63,958 nucleotides of DNA, filler included, from Octopus bimaculoides (GCF_001194135.2; 7 parts of 7 records of this genome joined end to end with filler, not necessarily neighbours in it), one strand, 5' to 3'. Counted from the first letter of the whole stretch, positions 39,070-53,995 are shown. Notes: a model not told the origin generated them from the letters alone. Numbers and translations: made by a program.

Positions 39070-39339
39070 ACACACACATATGTAAGCACACACACGCACG
39101 TAAACACATACACGTACATGAATGTGTGTGTGTGTTATACAACATTCACTGCTTCTACAACCTCCTCCTGCTCCACCTCGTCGTCCTCCTAATTTCCCCC
39201 TCTTGCTCCTCCTCCTCCTCCTGCTCCTCCCTCCTATATCATTCTAATATAAATAACAGAAGGTGGAGTAGCCAGCCAACCTTTTTTTTATTTATTTTTA
39301 CACACCCATTCTTTTTCTTCTCATATCTTCCCCCCTCTG

Positions 39340-39379
<40 letters not shown>

Positions 39380-40460
39380 TCTGTCTGTTCTCTCTCACTG
39401 TTCTTGAGCGTCCCTCTTCTATTTCGATCACAATTTCAATAGGCCAGCTCTGCTTGTCTCTCTCCTCCTCTCACTCTCTCTCTCTCTTACACACACATAC
39501 ACATATACAAACGCTCTCACAAACACACACGCACACACTATCTTTCTCTGTAGTCTGATCTCTGTCTGTCTGTCTCTCACACTCCTGACCTCTCCCGTTC
39601 TCTCTCTCTCTCTTTGTGGGCTCCCTTTCTCTTCTTTTACATGATTTTCTCTCTCTCTCTCTCTCTCACTCTTGCTTTCTTACTCACTCACTCACTCATA
39701 AATGTGCTTTCTTCCTATTCTCATTTCTCCCCCTTTCGTTATACTTCAATAAAACAGCAGAATGTTGATGGAGAAAGGGGAGGAGAAGTAAACTGCCTCT
39801 TTCTCACCGTGTTGTTCATTTACTCTCTATTCCTCTCTCCCTCTACCGTTCCATCATTCACTCAATCACAAACACATTCACACATACTCACGCATACACA
39901 CACACACAAACGTTCTCTCCCCCACCTCTCTCTCTCTCTCTTTTCTCCTTTTCGTTTGTTTTTCCTCCGCCTCTTCTATTAACAGAGACACAAGGCAGTC
40001 AGTCAGTCAGTCACTCAGCAGTCAATCACACGTACACAAAAACATACAGATACAGATATACGCATACGAATATACATTCATACATACATACATACATATA
40101 TATATGTATATACACTCACTAACTATATTTGATCGCTTACACACAGACATACTCACCATACACTCACACACAGTTAACTAACATACACAAGCACATATAC
40201 ATATATGTATACAAATATACACATATATAAAGACACACTCGCTTTCACAAACACGTACACATACATACGCACAAGCACATTGATACGCACAGGTGTACAC
40301 ACATACACACGTGTGCAAGTCCACAGACACCTCGTCCGCGTCGTGGAAAACCACCAACCCTAGTTCAGTCGATTCTTGTCAGCCCAGAGGACTGGTTTTC
40401 GAAAACAACCCTCTCTCTGTTGTTGTTGTTGTTATTGTGGTGTCTGTCTGTGCGTCTACC
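36706..40460 (+). promoter_or_regulatory. Putative Otx upstream/5' region: microsatellite mosaic with unique CpG-containing blocks
   Basis: Directly upstream of the Otx ATG with no recognisable TE. Repeated TCAGTC initiator-like motifs at ~39996-40015; CCAAT, AACAAT and ATTTGCAAAT motifs at 37050-37310. Confidence 0.4.
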
Positions 40461-40461
40461 C

Positions 40462-40585
40462 ATGGCAAGCATGGCGTACCCTAGCGTATCGGCGGCTACG
40501 TCCAAGGCTCCCCCCTACACGGTGAACGGACTTAGCCTATCTTCTCCAAATGTCGACATATTACATCCCGCAATGGGGTACCAAG
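40462..40585 (+). CDS. otx: First coding exon of an orthodenticle/Otx homeobox gene
   Basis: MASMAYPSVSAATSKAPPYTVNGLSLSSPNVDILHPAMGYQ matches the Otx N-terminal motif PPYAVNGLSL…DLLHPSVGYP. Strong donor caag|gtaagt, phase 1, just before where the homeodomain exon starts in Otx genes. Confidence 0.9.
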
Positions 40586-40931
40586 GTAAGTGGTGATTTA
40601 TCACATCAATTTTTCACATTATTTTTACTGTCCTTTTCTTTACGGGTTGGGGACATATTATATTTTAACATGAAATATGTCGTCATTTTTCATTTGTGTT
40701 TGCATTTTATTAACTTGTAACTAAAATTTGTAAATGATATATATATATATATATATATATATANNNNNNNNNNNNNNNNNNNNNNNNNNNNNNNNNNNNN
40801 NNNNNNNNNNNNNNNNNNNNNNNNNNNNNNNNNNNNNNNNNNNNNNNNNNNNNNNNNNNNNNNNNNNNNNNNNNNNNNNNNNNNNNNNNNNNNNNNNNNN
40901 NNNNNNNNNNNNNNNTATATATATATGTAGG

Positions 40932-40968
<37 letters not shown>

Positions 40969-41500
40969 CTTGTACGCATTTCTACACATGCATACACGTA
41001 TGTATAAGTATATATTATTTAAATTTCCATTTTATTACTTGTTTCAGTCGTTGAACTGCGGCCATGCTGTGGCATTACATATACGTGTATGTGTGTGTAT
41101 ATGTATGCATAGAACCTATATATGTTGAAGTCTTTCTGCAAAAGTGTGATTCTTCAAATACACACATATATGTATGACTGTGTATACATTTTATGTATAC
41201 ACAGACATACATTTATACATGGATGTATCCACCCCCGCACATACTAACCAAATAAATGCCAAATTGAATTATTTATTTATACCACATGTAATTATATTAT
41301 CTATGTTTTTATTCATCGATTTAGAGTTACCTGTCAGTATGCACACACACATATATACATTCTCACACACACACACTCACACACATATAGGCATACAGCT
41401 ACAGTACTGCTTATATACATATTGCTATATATAATGTACATATATACATATACATATATATGTATATGTATGTATGTATGTATGTATATATATATATATG

Positions 41501-41585
<85 letters not shown>

Positions 41586-42457
41586 GTATATAGATATGTA
41601 TATATATATGTGTGTGTGTGTAAGTGTGTGCACGCGAGTGTATATATATATGTATGTATGTAGATATGCCTTGAGTGTATGCGTTTGTAGGCATACACAC
41701 AAAAGCGCAATGAAACGTATCTATGTATATGTACATACATGCATATATATACGTATGTTTATACACACGTATACACACACACACTCATACATATACATAC
41801 ATATACACGCACATAAAATATAAGTGTGTTTATGCAGGTATATACATACGTGTGTGTGTGTATGTTTTTTGTTTGTGTGTGTACAAGTTAAAATATACGC
41901 ATGGAGAGGAACGGATCGGTCTTTGAACACATATAAGTATAATATACACAACGACTACATGAACACGTATATACATACCTAACACTGAGGTATATACATA
42001 CCTAATACTAATTTTCAAACGGATATATATAAAGGTAGTAAGATGGCTTTGAAATTGTACAATTAGTAAAGAAGACAGTTATCTGGGCTCACCTGACATA
42101 TGTGTAATTTAGTAGATACGCACCTACCTTCTTTTATATTTCGCACTATTTCTGTCTCACACAAACACACTCATTATCCTTCTCTATTTCTCTCTCTCTC
42201 TGTCTCTCTCTCTCTATCTACTTTCGTATTGTAATTTACTTGCGGAAGAGTTTGCATTCGATGAATCTGCCACGGAAGGCTTTCCATCCGTGATCATTGC
42301 ATCGTTCTGTATACTTAGGAATTACAATAAGTGAGGACGTACATTTAAGATGAAATTTAAGTGAAATTTTACTGTAATTTTCTAACAAGGCATGCGACTG
42401 TGTTGTAGATCCCTCGTTTACTGTGTAGTATGTATATCCATACACAAACACACACAC

Positions 42458-42490
<33 letters not shown>

Positions 42491-45400
42491 NNNNNNNNNN
42501 NNNNNNNNNNNNNNNNNNNNNNNNNNNNNNNNNNTTAATTAATTAANNNNNNNNNNNNNNNNNNNNNNNNNNNNNNNNNNNNNNNNNNNNATCTAGATAT
42601 ACATGTATATATATATAATATATAATATCATCATCGTCATTTCTTCAAATCATCTAGCCCATGCTATCATATTACTATATTCATATATACATGAAATCAT
42701 ACTCCTTTGTAAAGATTTTATTTATATTTTTATTTTTGCTGTTGTTGATATCTGAAGCACTTTATTTTCTCTTCTGTTATCCATATTTCCATGAGACATG
42801 TGAAGATAATCAATATAGCAAATCTTATGTTTATAAAAAAAATTATCAAAGTTTGAGATGAAAATCTGGTTAAAGAAGAAAGAGAGGTAGAAAGCAAATA
42901 CTTCCAGAAATAACTTCAAATACACGAGATTATATGAATACACAATATTTTACAACATATATGGATAAAACAGGAAGACATTTGAATGTCTATATCACAA
43001 ATACATATATTTATACAGAAATTCTTATTTGGTAACTTAATAGCACTAAATTTTGAGATCAGTCTAGTTATCTTGCAGTTTGCTTTTTGTCAGCCAGAGA
43101 AGTTAAGCAAGTATGCATTTAATCAGTAAACCAACAAAAGAGAATTATTACCCATTACTCTTACATGCCCTTTTCAGACTGGTAAGATTAATATTGTATA
43201 TCTCTGGGGCAACATCCACATGGTAAATATGAATGAGAAAATATTAGAAGGCTGCAACTCTGACAATGGATGATAGGGGTAAAAGTGTGGGGTTTGTGAT
43301 ACATTTAAAATGATCAAAGGGAAAGAAGATAATTTTATTGGGTGGTTTGAGGTGGAGGAATAGCTACATATTTTTTTTATCTAGACCCACAGGAGCATAG
43401 ACTATTTAATCACAACAGAAGAGAGAAAAACATCAGTGAGATAGTGAGTTAGTAGTGAATGCTAGTAAATCAGCTCGATGGCCTTCCTTTGAAAGCAATC
43501 CAAGATATTTGTGTATATAGCAGCTGTAGAATACCAAGCATGTTAATTAGGTTCTGAAAGATGGAGGCTTGTTTGAGCTTTGGAGAGGTTTACTATTGAT
43601 CAGTACTGAAATAATTTTTTGCCCATGAATATGAAAGCTAGGTTTTTTTATTATGCGGTTTTGGGAAATGTTATATATGTGATGTTGAAGTTGTAATGCT
43701 TATACTATCATTCCGTTTTCAGTTCATATTCAAATCTTTGTGCATCGGCTTAAATATGGATATGCACTACTCTACACACATTTACATAATGTGAGCATTA
43801 CTTTGTCAGAGTGTATATAGTTTATTTTACTATGATGTTTTTGAAATGAAAAGTGGAAAAAGTAACATCTTATTAACTGCAATCCTGCTTGAAAATACAC
43901 TTATTTATTGTTTTCAGACATGCCACAACTAATATCATATCCACTAATCAGCCAATTTTCCTTTCTTATAATATAAGATATAAGTCGCTCTATAAATCTG
44001 AATAGTTCTGTAGCAAATTTACAAATAATGATTTACCCTGTTATGAAACTAGCTTTGCAGCACTTGCATGATCTACCAAACATCACAATTCTTGTCGCTA
44101 ATTGACAAAATACACAATCATAACTATATTTATATGTTTACCTGCAGGGTATAGAATCTCTATCTATAAATCTGTGGATGATATTACAGCTCACTTTTCT
44201 CTCTCTCAGCATTTAGGCTTTTAAAAATTATTACTCAAAACTTATTTGAATGCAAGTAGATTACATTTGATACTCTTATCTCTCTTTGCTAATGCTGTGC
44301 ATTCTTTTGTATAAAGAAGTATGGGAATGTAATAAAGTTTTCAAAGTATTAGAAATAGCAGTAGGCACTAAGGCACAAATACATCAAGATAAATAATGAC
44401 GAGGAAAGTAAATATAAACAAATTTATACTGTATCATGGAAAATGTAATGCAATGAAGAATAATATATTTTGAAAACTAAATAACTATTTAAAGATGAAA
44501 CTGCTGTAATTGGTGGATTTGAAATAATGTAGACTGAGGGTTTATTTGTTGCTATTATATTTATTTTCCCATGTTTCCAAAAGAGAGGAGATATATTTTC
44601 TGGAACAGTTGTTTCTACAGGTAAACAATTACTTAAAACTGTGAAATAGGTATGAAACCTAATTTTCATACATTTAATCAAACTGAAGCAAGCAGAGTTC
44701 ATTTCCAGCTTCAAGTATAAAACATATATATGACTCTGTTTTCTTGCTATTATGCAAGAACTGTTCATGCCCATGTAGTCAGTATTCCATTTTGATATCA
44801 TGGCTACTAAGTTTGAAGAATCTTCCATAGTTGTTTCACTGCTGTTTTAAACAAAACACTTCATTGGATAATGTTTCAGTTCATCTTGATGTGGAAAATA
44901 GAAACTAAAAGTTCTGGGAAATTTACCTACAATAAATTTTATACTTATTTCTGATATGCTTATTACTATGTAAGCTTAAGTTAGTAGTCCAATAGTTCAT
45001 ATAGATTTTTGAGATTTGTGAATAAGTTTATAATTTGTCGTTGCTTTCATAAAGTGAGACACTATTGGCTATTGACAGTGTGTTATTTATTGTGCCGTCA
45101 GAAAGGAAACAAAATACTCATGATCATTTACATGGCTGGTGAGACAGGTGGGAGGGAGAGGGGAAAGAGCCCTCAAACCAGTGACCAGATTCCAAATGCT
45201 TGCAAACAGTGTGAAATCTACTAAAGATGCCCAATGGCTAGGTGGTGTGGACAGTATTTGATCTCAGAACATAAAGAGCCAAAACAAATTCTGCAAGGTA
45301 TCCTTTTAGATACTTTAATGATTTTATCAGACCCCTGTTCTAGACTGCTACGTTATTGAATGTGGAGTCATTGACAAAATTGATCTTGGTGACATTTGTA

Positions 45401-46169
45401 CTTAGAATGCAAGGATAAATAAAAGACATTTTGTCCAATGCTTTAGCAATTTTATTAATTCACTGCCCATAATATTACTGCTTACATTATAACATCATAC
45501 TAATCTGAGTGTTCATAATGTTATAACATAATAATAATCTGGATGTTTATAATGTAGAGTTTATAATGATATGCTGTTACTGTTCAGAATGCTACTGTTT
45601 ACAATATGACTGGTTGACCAAGTCAAACAAACTTTATGAGATCTATTAAACCCCTACCCTTTTTTTTTTTTACAAATTATTCATTTGCGAGTGAAAGTAT
45701 ATTTTAAAGGTATATAAAAAATTTTTATTCTGAACCTGAAATTTAATATCAATAAAACTGACATTTTCATAAACAAAACTTGTGCAAAGAAAGGATGAAA
45801 TGTAAGATATAAAATTGAATCTTCCATCATTATTCAATAAAATGTTGGGGAAGGGACTAGTTCAAATAAAATTCTAATATTTTCTGAATTGTAATTCAAG
45901 TTTAAATAACAATTTCATTATATAAAAAATCACTCAGTCTTACCTCTCAAACTGATGTAAATTTATAAAATCATATCAATTTTATGAATTTTAAATTTTA
46001 AATCCAAAAAGGAAACATGGGAAAATGAAAAATATAGAAACAAGTCTTAGGTTGATGTGTTCATATCTATAATGGAAACACAGCAACCACAGTCCCAAAA
46101 TGTATACTAAAACTACTGTTTTAGTAGGAGCATTCTGTCGGTTATGATGATGAGGGTCCCAACTGATAT

Positions 46170-46452
46170 GATCAACAAAACAGCTTGCTTGTGAAATTAA
46201 CATGCAAGTGGCTGAGTAATCCACAGACACGGGTACTCCTAATGCAGTTCTCAAGGAGATTCAGTATGACACAGAGTATGACAAGGCTGGCCCTTTGAAA
46301 TATGGGTACAACTCATTTTTGCCAGCTGAGTGGACTAGAGCAATGTGAAGTAAAGTGTCTTGCTCAAGAACACAACACGTCACCGGGAATTGAACTCACA
46401 ATCTTACAATCATGAGTCAAATGCCCTAACTACTAAGCCACATGCCTTCACC
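46170..46452 (-). mobile_element. tRNA-derived SINE (family E)
   Basis: Minus-strand head gtggcttagtagttagggcatttgactcatg…gagttcaattcccgg. Confidence 0.75.
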
Positions 46453-49400
46453 CTACAAATAATAGTAAATTGTCATATTGGTCTCAGTAAAATGGAAGTA
46501 ACACAGCTTTTTTACTTGCTCTCCATAACTGTCTTGTAGGTTCCATTCTATTATTTTCACTCTACTTTCCTTTACAGGCTGAATAATTTGGCCATGAGAT
46601 ATATAGAATTTGCACCTTGAACTATCTTTAGTGATGTAAGATTAATACTATTGAATTTCTTTCTTAAAGTTTTATGTATTTAAAATAATGTGTGTAACAT
46701 TTTCAGTAAATTAAATCTAAAATACAACCAAAATAGACGATATAAAAAAACTGGACTCTAGATGAAATCCTGAAATTCATGGTTGAATGAAGTAAATACA
46801 AATGGTGATGTGATTTGTTACATTAATTCCTTAAGTCATTCTTGAACATTTCAGTTCTATAAATGTAGGACATTTGCTGTGATTTATGCTTTTGAACATA
46901 AAAGAAAATATATTAAGAAGACTTAGTCAGGAATCAACTTATATAATACTTTTCCAAAACTAATAGAATTATTTTCTAAAGAATCAATGGAGCAAGGTTG
47001 AGAAAAAGAAATGTAGTGAGAAAGAGAAACATAATTGGTTAGAGCAAAGACAGCTGAAAAGAATGGGAAGTATATATTCTGCTACATTTTTGCTCTTTAG
47101 TAATGCTTTTACAGGTTCCTCAATTGATTTTACTTAAAAAGCTGAACTTCTCTATTATGAAAATGACAAATGTCTTCTCATAAAGCATTTCCAGAAATAT
47201 GTTTAGTAAATTTAATTTTCAGGAAATGCTAAATTGGGTACCATCACTCCAAGAATTCTGATGTCTACCCTGCAATCAGATTACTGAAAGTACAAAAGTT
47301 TTAACAGCTGCACTATCATCATGTATATTTCTTTCTTTCTGTTTGTAATAGAATATCCCGTCTTATTGTCAGAGTTCCACTGAAGACCATCATCATCATG
47401 CCAATGCACAGGTCTCTATATGGATGTCTGAGTTGCTAGAAGTTGTGCTAAATCACCATCAAATTACATCTGGCCATCTTAAATGGTAAAGCAAACATTA
47501 GATATTGTTACTTATACTTTGCCTAAAAATGACACCCAAGGTATTGGGCAATGAAATTACAGGTTCTGATTTCAAACCTACTCCTCATATTTATTGTATT
47601 TCTGAGTAAGACACATTAATCTAGATGACATAGCAGTCAAAAGTAGATATCAAACAAACTGTGTGTAGTTGGCTGGCTTCTTATCCAATGGGATTTCAGA
47701 CATTTCACTCAATGCTCATCAAAGATTAACCCACCTGTAAACCACAACCATGGGGTTGTGGTTTACAAAGAATTGCAGATGTGACATCTATTTTCTCAAT
47801 AGAATGGGAATTGGCAAACCCCATAGATCCATGTGACTATCAATTTGCACAGCACCCAAGAACATCAACCATTTCCACGTCTATTTACCATGAATCACTT
47901 CCACCCTTTTTTGACCATCACACTTTCCCCATTCTCTTGCAATCTTTGCTCTTCCTGGTTCTTCTCTCGCCACTCTTTCTTCTAAACTAAAAATGGATCA
48001 GAATAAAGATACATCATCAGTGCTTGTAGTGTTATTTAGGTGTTGTTTTGAGGAATTGTTTTCAGTTTTTTCAATCACGAAGCAACTGAACACTTGCAAT
48101 GAAAACCAAATGTTTAGGTTGTTTATAATGTACTGTAATTTCTAAATTATTTTGTTATAAAAGAGGTAAAAATCAAGACTATTCTGATTATGATGTAATT
48201 CTCATCTTGCCATTGTGCAAAGTGTTATTATTGTCTTTGTGCAATGAATTGTCAGAAAGGATAGCACCAAACTAAATGGTGTTTATTGTTTAATCATTCT
48301 TTACTTTGAAATGAGATGCTGTTGTACATAGACCCACCAGACACTGGTAAAGATAAAATTATTACTAGAAGTATGTTGAGATTGATTTTATTTACAACAC
48401 CTTTTCCTTGAAAAAAAAAAATTACACCTGTATCTAGTCAAAGAAAACTTATTGGAAAGTACGTTGAAGATCAACCGTACACCATACTGCTTCATGGGAA
48501 AAGAAGACTTAAAACAACAACAACTACTACTACTACTACTACTACTGCTATTGAAAAAAACTGTATTTTTTTAGAAAATCTAATTAGTATTGAATATATA
48601 ATAGGAAGTTAGAATTTCACTCTTACAAATTTTGGTAACCATTTTTATATAAAAAAGAAAGAGATAAAACTATGAAGAAGCGATGTAAATCCTAATAGCA
48701 AAAATGTTATCAGTTGAAAATTGTATCCAGTAATTTGTGGATGTTTGTATTTATTAAGATTAGTCTGCTTAATTTTAACTCTTAATATCTCACCTGTATT
48801 ATATTCAGAAATGACATAAGGCACAGTAAAATCCGTTTTTTTATGAAACCTGATCTGTCATCAGAAAATATAGTCAGTCCTGAAGTAAATGTGGAAACAA
48901 CAAATATTCTAGATGAGTGACATGGTCTCTGAATAGTTTAGGATCAATATGTAGACATTTTCTAATTTCAGTGCTAGCAGCATCTTATTGGACCATTGTG
49001 TAGAACTTGGTTTAGATGTTTGAAAGACAGTGTTCTTGGATGTTTTGTAAACTGATAGTCATGTGGAGTTGATCCAAATTGACTCTTTGTATGATTTACT
49101 GTCAATGTATTGTTGAGCTAACTTAGTTTTGGAATTCTGTAAGATTGCCAGTTAGCTTACTGATAGCTTTACATTGTTAACATGTTACCAATAATGTATT
49201 GTAGCCGTGACTCCACTGACTGCTTGTACTTGATTCCTCGTCATTAACATCATCAACTTCAATAAATGTTAACATCATTAGCAAAGTGCCAGGATCAATT
49301 AGTCTCAAAGCAGAAAACACATAACTCTCAGAATACATTAATGGTATTCCTAGTTGGATTAGCAGAAGTGACAGGGTGTTGGAAAAAATGCCCTGTAATA

Positions 49401-51714
49401 TTTGTTTTGGTGCTTTGCATTCTGGGTTCAACCCTAAGATCGATAAAATAGAATACAAGTTTAGGTAGTAACTTGAAAAAATTATTAGAACAATGGGAAA
49501 AATCATTGCCATCATCATCATCTATCACCACCACCACCACCACCACCACCACCACCACCACCACTGATTTTTCCATGCTCCCATGGGTTGAACAAGCTGT
49601 TACAATCCTAAGTTCTTATTCAAAGTTACTGCCCTCCAAAATGGGTTAGGGAACCATAGGTTTGGTTTCTATGACTGAACAGGGGTATTTAATTATCTAT
49701 GAAAAGAATATTGCATCTCCCTCTGTCTGCCCCTCTCTCTTATAACACATGTGGTATTTGTTCTGGCCCATTACATTTTGAGTTTGCCAGTGATGAGACT
49801 AGTGCCAAGCTGTATTGGTCCATACCATTTTTTTGGACAATACCAGCAGTGTAGAAAAAGGTGACTTGCTGCATAAACAACTGCTGGTCTTCTTTAAAAT
49901 AACCTTACATGGGCCTTTACCCTGGCAAGGAAGATTTTAGAGATAGATACATGGTCAACTCTGATGGCAGAGACTCATAGTTGGTTTCCTCATAAGAACC
50001 AAGCTGGTATGGCTTTTATAGTATAAGTCTAGAAAGCCTCAACAACAGTAACACTTAAAAGTTGATATATGTAAATGTTTCAGAAACCCCAGAAATGTTT
50101 TAGAAGCTAATGTTTACCTCTATTTTGATTGTGTCAAATATTAGCCAAGTCTCTTGATCAGGATGCCAGGCTAGCATAGGCATCATTCTGAAATGATCTT
50201 CTATTTATTTCTGACAGCTAGTTAATCAGACATGATATTATAGAATAAAGCTCTTTGTCTAGAAACACCCAAAAATACAATGAGCAATATTTGTTTATGA
50301 TCTTCAAACAGGTTATCCAAACATTATCTACTTGGCCATTTTGCTGCACCAGTTTACAGAGCTGGTGGATAAAGTTAATGGAATGATGAATAAATTCAAT
50401 TGCTGTAAGGGATTGAAATTCTAACATTATAGACTCTTACGTTTCACCAGAATAGAAGACAATTTGTTGCTTGGCCAAAGTTACATGAAGTAGACAGCAA
50501 CGACTTCCTTTTCTATTTCTTGTTATCATTTTTGACCCTCATCAGTTCCCTCAGATTCCATATACTATCATAGATGAATGGTTGGTTCAGGATAAACTCA
50601 TTTGTGAAAGCACTTTATTTATATTTCTACACTGAAATAAGAAAATATTTAAAAAAAAACGATGCAAACCATAACAAATTCCATTACCATTTTGATGGTA
50701 TTACTGCTAACACTTGTTTTTTATTTGAGGAAGTCATTGAACAGTGAATAATAAAGAGCAACATAAAAATTTTATCAGTAACATAAAAATTTTATAAGTT
50801 TCTTTATTCAAAGAGTTGATTGTGAAAATTGTTCAATTTTCCACCACATATAAGAATCAGAATGATCAGTTCAGCCACATGATTTAAGTCTAGAGGCTGA
50901 GATGGTCACTGAAAACACACTTATTAAGATTATGATCTAAACAATTATGATAAATATATATGTCTGCTTTGTGTCAAATGTGTATGTCGGTGTATTGGAT
51001 ACACAAAAGAATGGCATCTACGGTTGAACTGTGGGAATGACACATTGTCTTTCAAGATAGCAGTTGTGTGTAGGATTAGCAAATCAACACATAAAAACTA
51101 CAAGAAAAACATACCCACTTATTTTGAACAGAGGATTTTCTCCCACAGAGACTGATGATATTTTCATATCACAACAGAAAAACAGAGGTGACTTTTGGCA
51201 TCAAGAAACATCGTAAAATTAGACAAGAACTCTCAAGACAAAAATGAAAGAAGGAAAGAAAGAATTTTATGAGGTAGAAGGGTTTAGAAGGCCCAGGGAG
51301 CAAGAATGTAAAGAATAAATCTTGACAAGACATAATCAACCCAACACCATAGCTAAGGTGAAATCCCAATACCCAGGTGGTTCATAATGATTAATGGATT
51401 CTTCTCTGAGTCTGAGTATTGTCTTCAAACATACTCAGGGAAGTATTAAACTCTATGCTGAATGATAAGCTATTCTTTAAATTTATAATGCTGATGCTCT
51501 AACAATTTCAAGATATTCATACTTTGTTGAATGAAATATATTGGTCACTTTGAGTTATGTCTGTGGACCCTAGACACAATACACTGGGTATGATTATATA
51601 AACTACTGTTAGCCATTGTCCTTATGACAGTGCAATAATGTTTAGGGTATGAGCAGTGAGGAAGGATTAATTTATAGATGTGTAATAGTAAAGAGAAAGT
51701 CCACTTTCTTTACT

Positions 51715-51915
51715 ATGTGTGCTCATGAAGAGATTAGTGAGAGCATCTGTTAAATGGAAACCAGAGGGCATTGGATGCAAAGCAGACCTAGCTGACGACA
51801 ATGGAGGAGGACCTAGTGGATATGGGTCTGAGCTGATAGTAGGCTTGTGATATGGCTTGCAACCTGTTGGTTGGAGGAGTCTTGTAGTCCAATGCATTAT
51901 GGGAAGTGAGAGGAA
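51715..51915 (+). mobile_element. Degenerate 3' end of an RTE-like LINE
   Basis: RLVRASVKWKPEG…GWRSLVVQCIMGSERN resembles RTE C-termini. Confidence 0.45.
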
Positions 51916-53065
51916 CCAAGATCACCTTCAATGAATATAAAACTTGCTTCCTGACACTTCAGCTAAAATTCATTTGCAGCTTCTGTATATGTTTGTTCAA
52001 ATTTTTATTTTGATAAGAGAATTACTTTCTTTGTTCTTCAATGTAACGACTTCTAGAATGGGGGTCAGGCAGACATTTATAACAATACAAGTAAACAGAG
52101 ATGAAGCTATGAATGCAAAACATCAGTAAAACGATCTGTTAATAGAAAAGAAAAAAAAAAGAAAACAGATAAATGCCTAGAGCTATAAAATAACTAATTC
52201 TATTAAAACAAAATCTATGGAAGTATTTCAAAGGAATCAAAAGAGGCTTTTACAAATATTCAGCAGGTTTTAATTAGATTATTTTTCAAATCAGTATTCC
52301 TAGAATCTTCTAAATGTATTTTAAGGTGTGCACCATCTGTCTACTACTGCTGTTATAAATAAGTTTTTGCTATTTCCATCACTGTTTGTTTACATATCAG
52401 TATAGGTGATTTCAATATACTTTTGAATCAATTTGGCAGAAATTATGAAGCCAACAAAAATTAGGCAATCTTGTTCAATTTGGAAAGAGAATTAAGAGTT
52501 CATATATTGTATCATGAAGTAAACTACAATGTGGAATATATATCTTTCAGTCCCTAACTTGAAGTTCATAAATGGGTAATGCAACCAGTGTAAACATGAA
52601 GAGTTATATGTCAAATAAGTCTCAGTAATAGGTGTCACTCATAGTGTTGTACATTAAAAACAGTTTTCCACAACAACAACTATCACTATACGTTATGTAT
52701 TAAAGAAAACTTGCTCAGTGATAGATATTTAATAATTGATGGAATGCTGCAATTAATCAACCACATCTTTAGAAGTATGTCAAAAATCAGGGCATATTTT
52801 AGTCTTATTAGCTCTCATCAATAAAGCATAAATTAACTGTACTGAAAGACTGCATTGTATTCCTTTTTCTTTTTTACTGGTTTCAGGACAGCAGTGATAT
52901 TAGTGTACAATCTTCAACAGTCTTAGTTGATTTGATTACCTCCAATACTTTGTTCAGTATTCTATCAATCTGTTGAAGGTCATCTGTTAACCTAAGAACT
53001 CATATTTTTGTTTGACACAACAGTTTATCAGTAATATAATGATCAATATACACAAACACATACTC

Positions 53066-53136
<71 letters not shown>

Positions 53137-53144
53137 CATCAACA

Positions 53145-53320
53145 ATCATCATCATCATCATCATCATCACCATGCTGGCATGGGTTGGATGGTTTGATAG
53201 GAGAATCTGATGAGCTGGAGAACTTGAGCTCTAATCTCTGTTTTGGTATGGTTTCTATAGCTGGATGCCCTTTCTAACATCAGCCACTTTACAGTTTGGA
53301 TTGTGTGGGGTTTTTTTTCA
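53145..53320 (-). mobile_element. Retroposon 3' part with (GAT)n tail (family D)
   Basis: catcatcatcaccatgctggcatgggttggatgg…agctggatgccctttctaac; homologous to 60518 and 63750. Confidence 0.7.
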
Positions 53321-53953
53321 TGGTACCAGCACTAGTAGAATTGCATGCAGCTTGGAAAATGAAAATCCCCTTCAAGCGACTAGGATTACAGCAGAATGAG
53401 GAGTAACTTTAAGCATGGAGATGAATAATTAATGCATGAGAAAAGGTACCTGAATAGAACAGATTCCTTCTTGTAGTTGAGCTATATGGCTACTTACATT
53501 ATAGAAGAAATAGTAGGTGTGGCTGGGATAGAACTGAAAAGATATAAAAATAGTGGCGATGGGGTATCAGAATGATGTCTCAAGATATGAGGTGAGTAGA
53601 AGTGAGAAGGGACAGGAAAACAGGGAGTGTTAGTGAGTAGAGGTTGCAAGAGTGCATGGAAGAGTGAGGGATGATTAGGAATAGTAAATGGGTGAGTTGG
53701 AAAGGTAGAGAAAAGTCGATAATGACGGTAGAGATCAGTTAGGGTTGAGTAATGGATATAGTGATTGGTGAATAAGGGATAAAGATGATCTATGGCACAT
53801 ATGAGTTGAGGGAGGTAGGAGACAGTAGAAGATAACTGACAGTGCAGTAGGGTTGAAGAGCAACAGAATAGTAATAATGATACAATAGATAGGGAAAGGT
53901 TGGGTAGGTTGCAAGAGTGGATGACTGGGAGGCAAGTACAGTCAGTTAGAAGA

Positions 53954-53995
<42 letters not shown>

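Noticed and set aside
35564-42018. Many HTHT/YIYI/VCVC ORFs, including apparent His-rich or Cys-rich proteins
   Set aside because: Dinucleotide and tetranucleotide microsatellites open in several frames on both strands.
42236-42463. Minus-strand 75-aa ORF ending near a gtaaat donor
   Set aside because: It starts in a microsatellite, shows no homology I recognise and has no supported acceptor.
45944-45951. 8-nt minus-strand micro-exon pattern (catcag|tttgagag|gtaaga); similar 4-nt plus pattern near 43168
   Set aside because: Expected by chance in 20 kb of AT-rich DNA, and there is no host gene to attach it to.
50505-50550. Minus-strand CTGATGAGGGTCA…, hammerhead-like start
   Set aside because: GAAA does not follow stem II directly, so the core is incomplete.
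49177-50631. Protein-like open stretches on both strands (49177..49521, 49328..49576, 50218..50427) and a minus-strand donor at 50440
   Set aside because: No domain recognised and no phase-consistent exon chain with good acceptors. RNA-seq would be needed.
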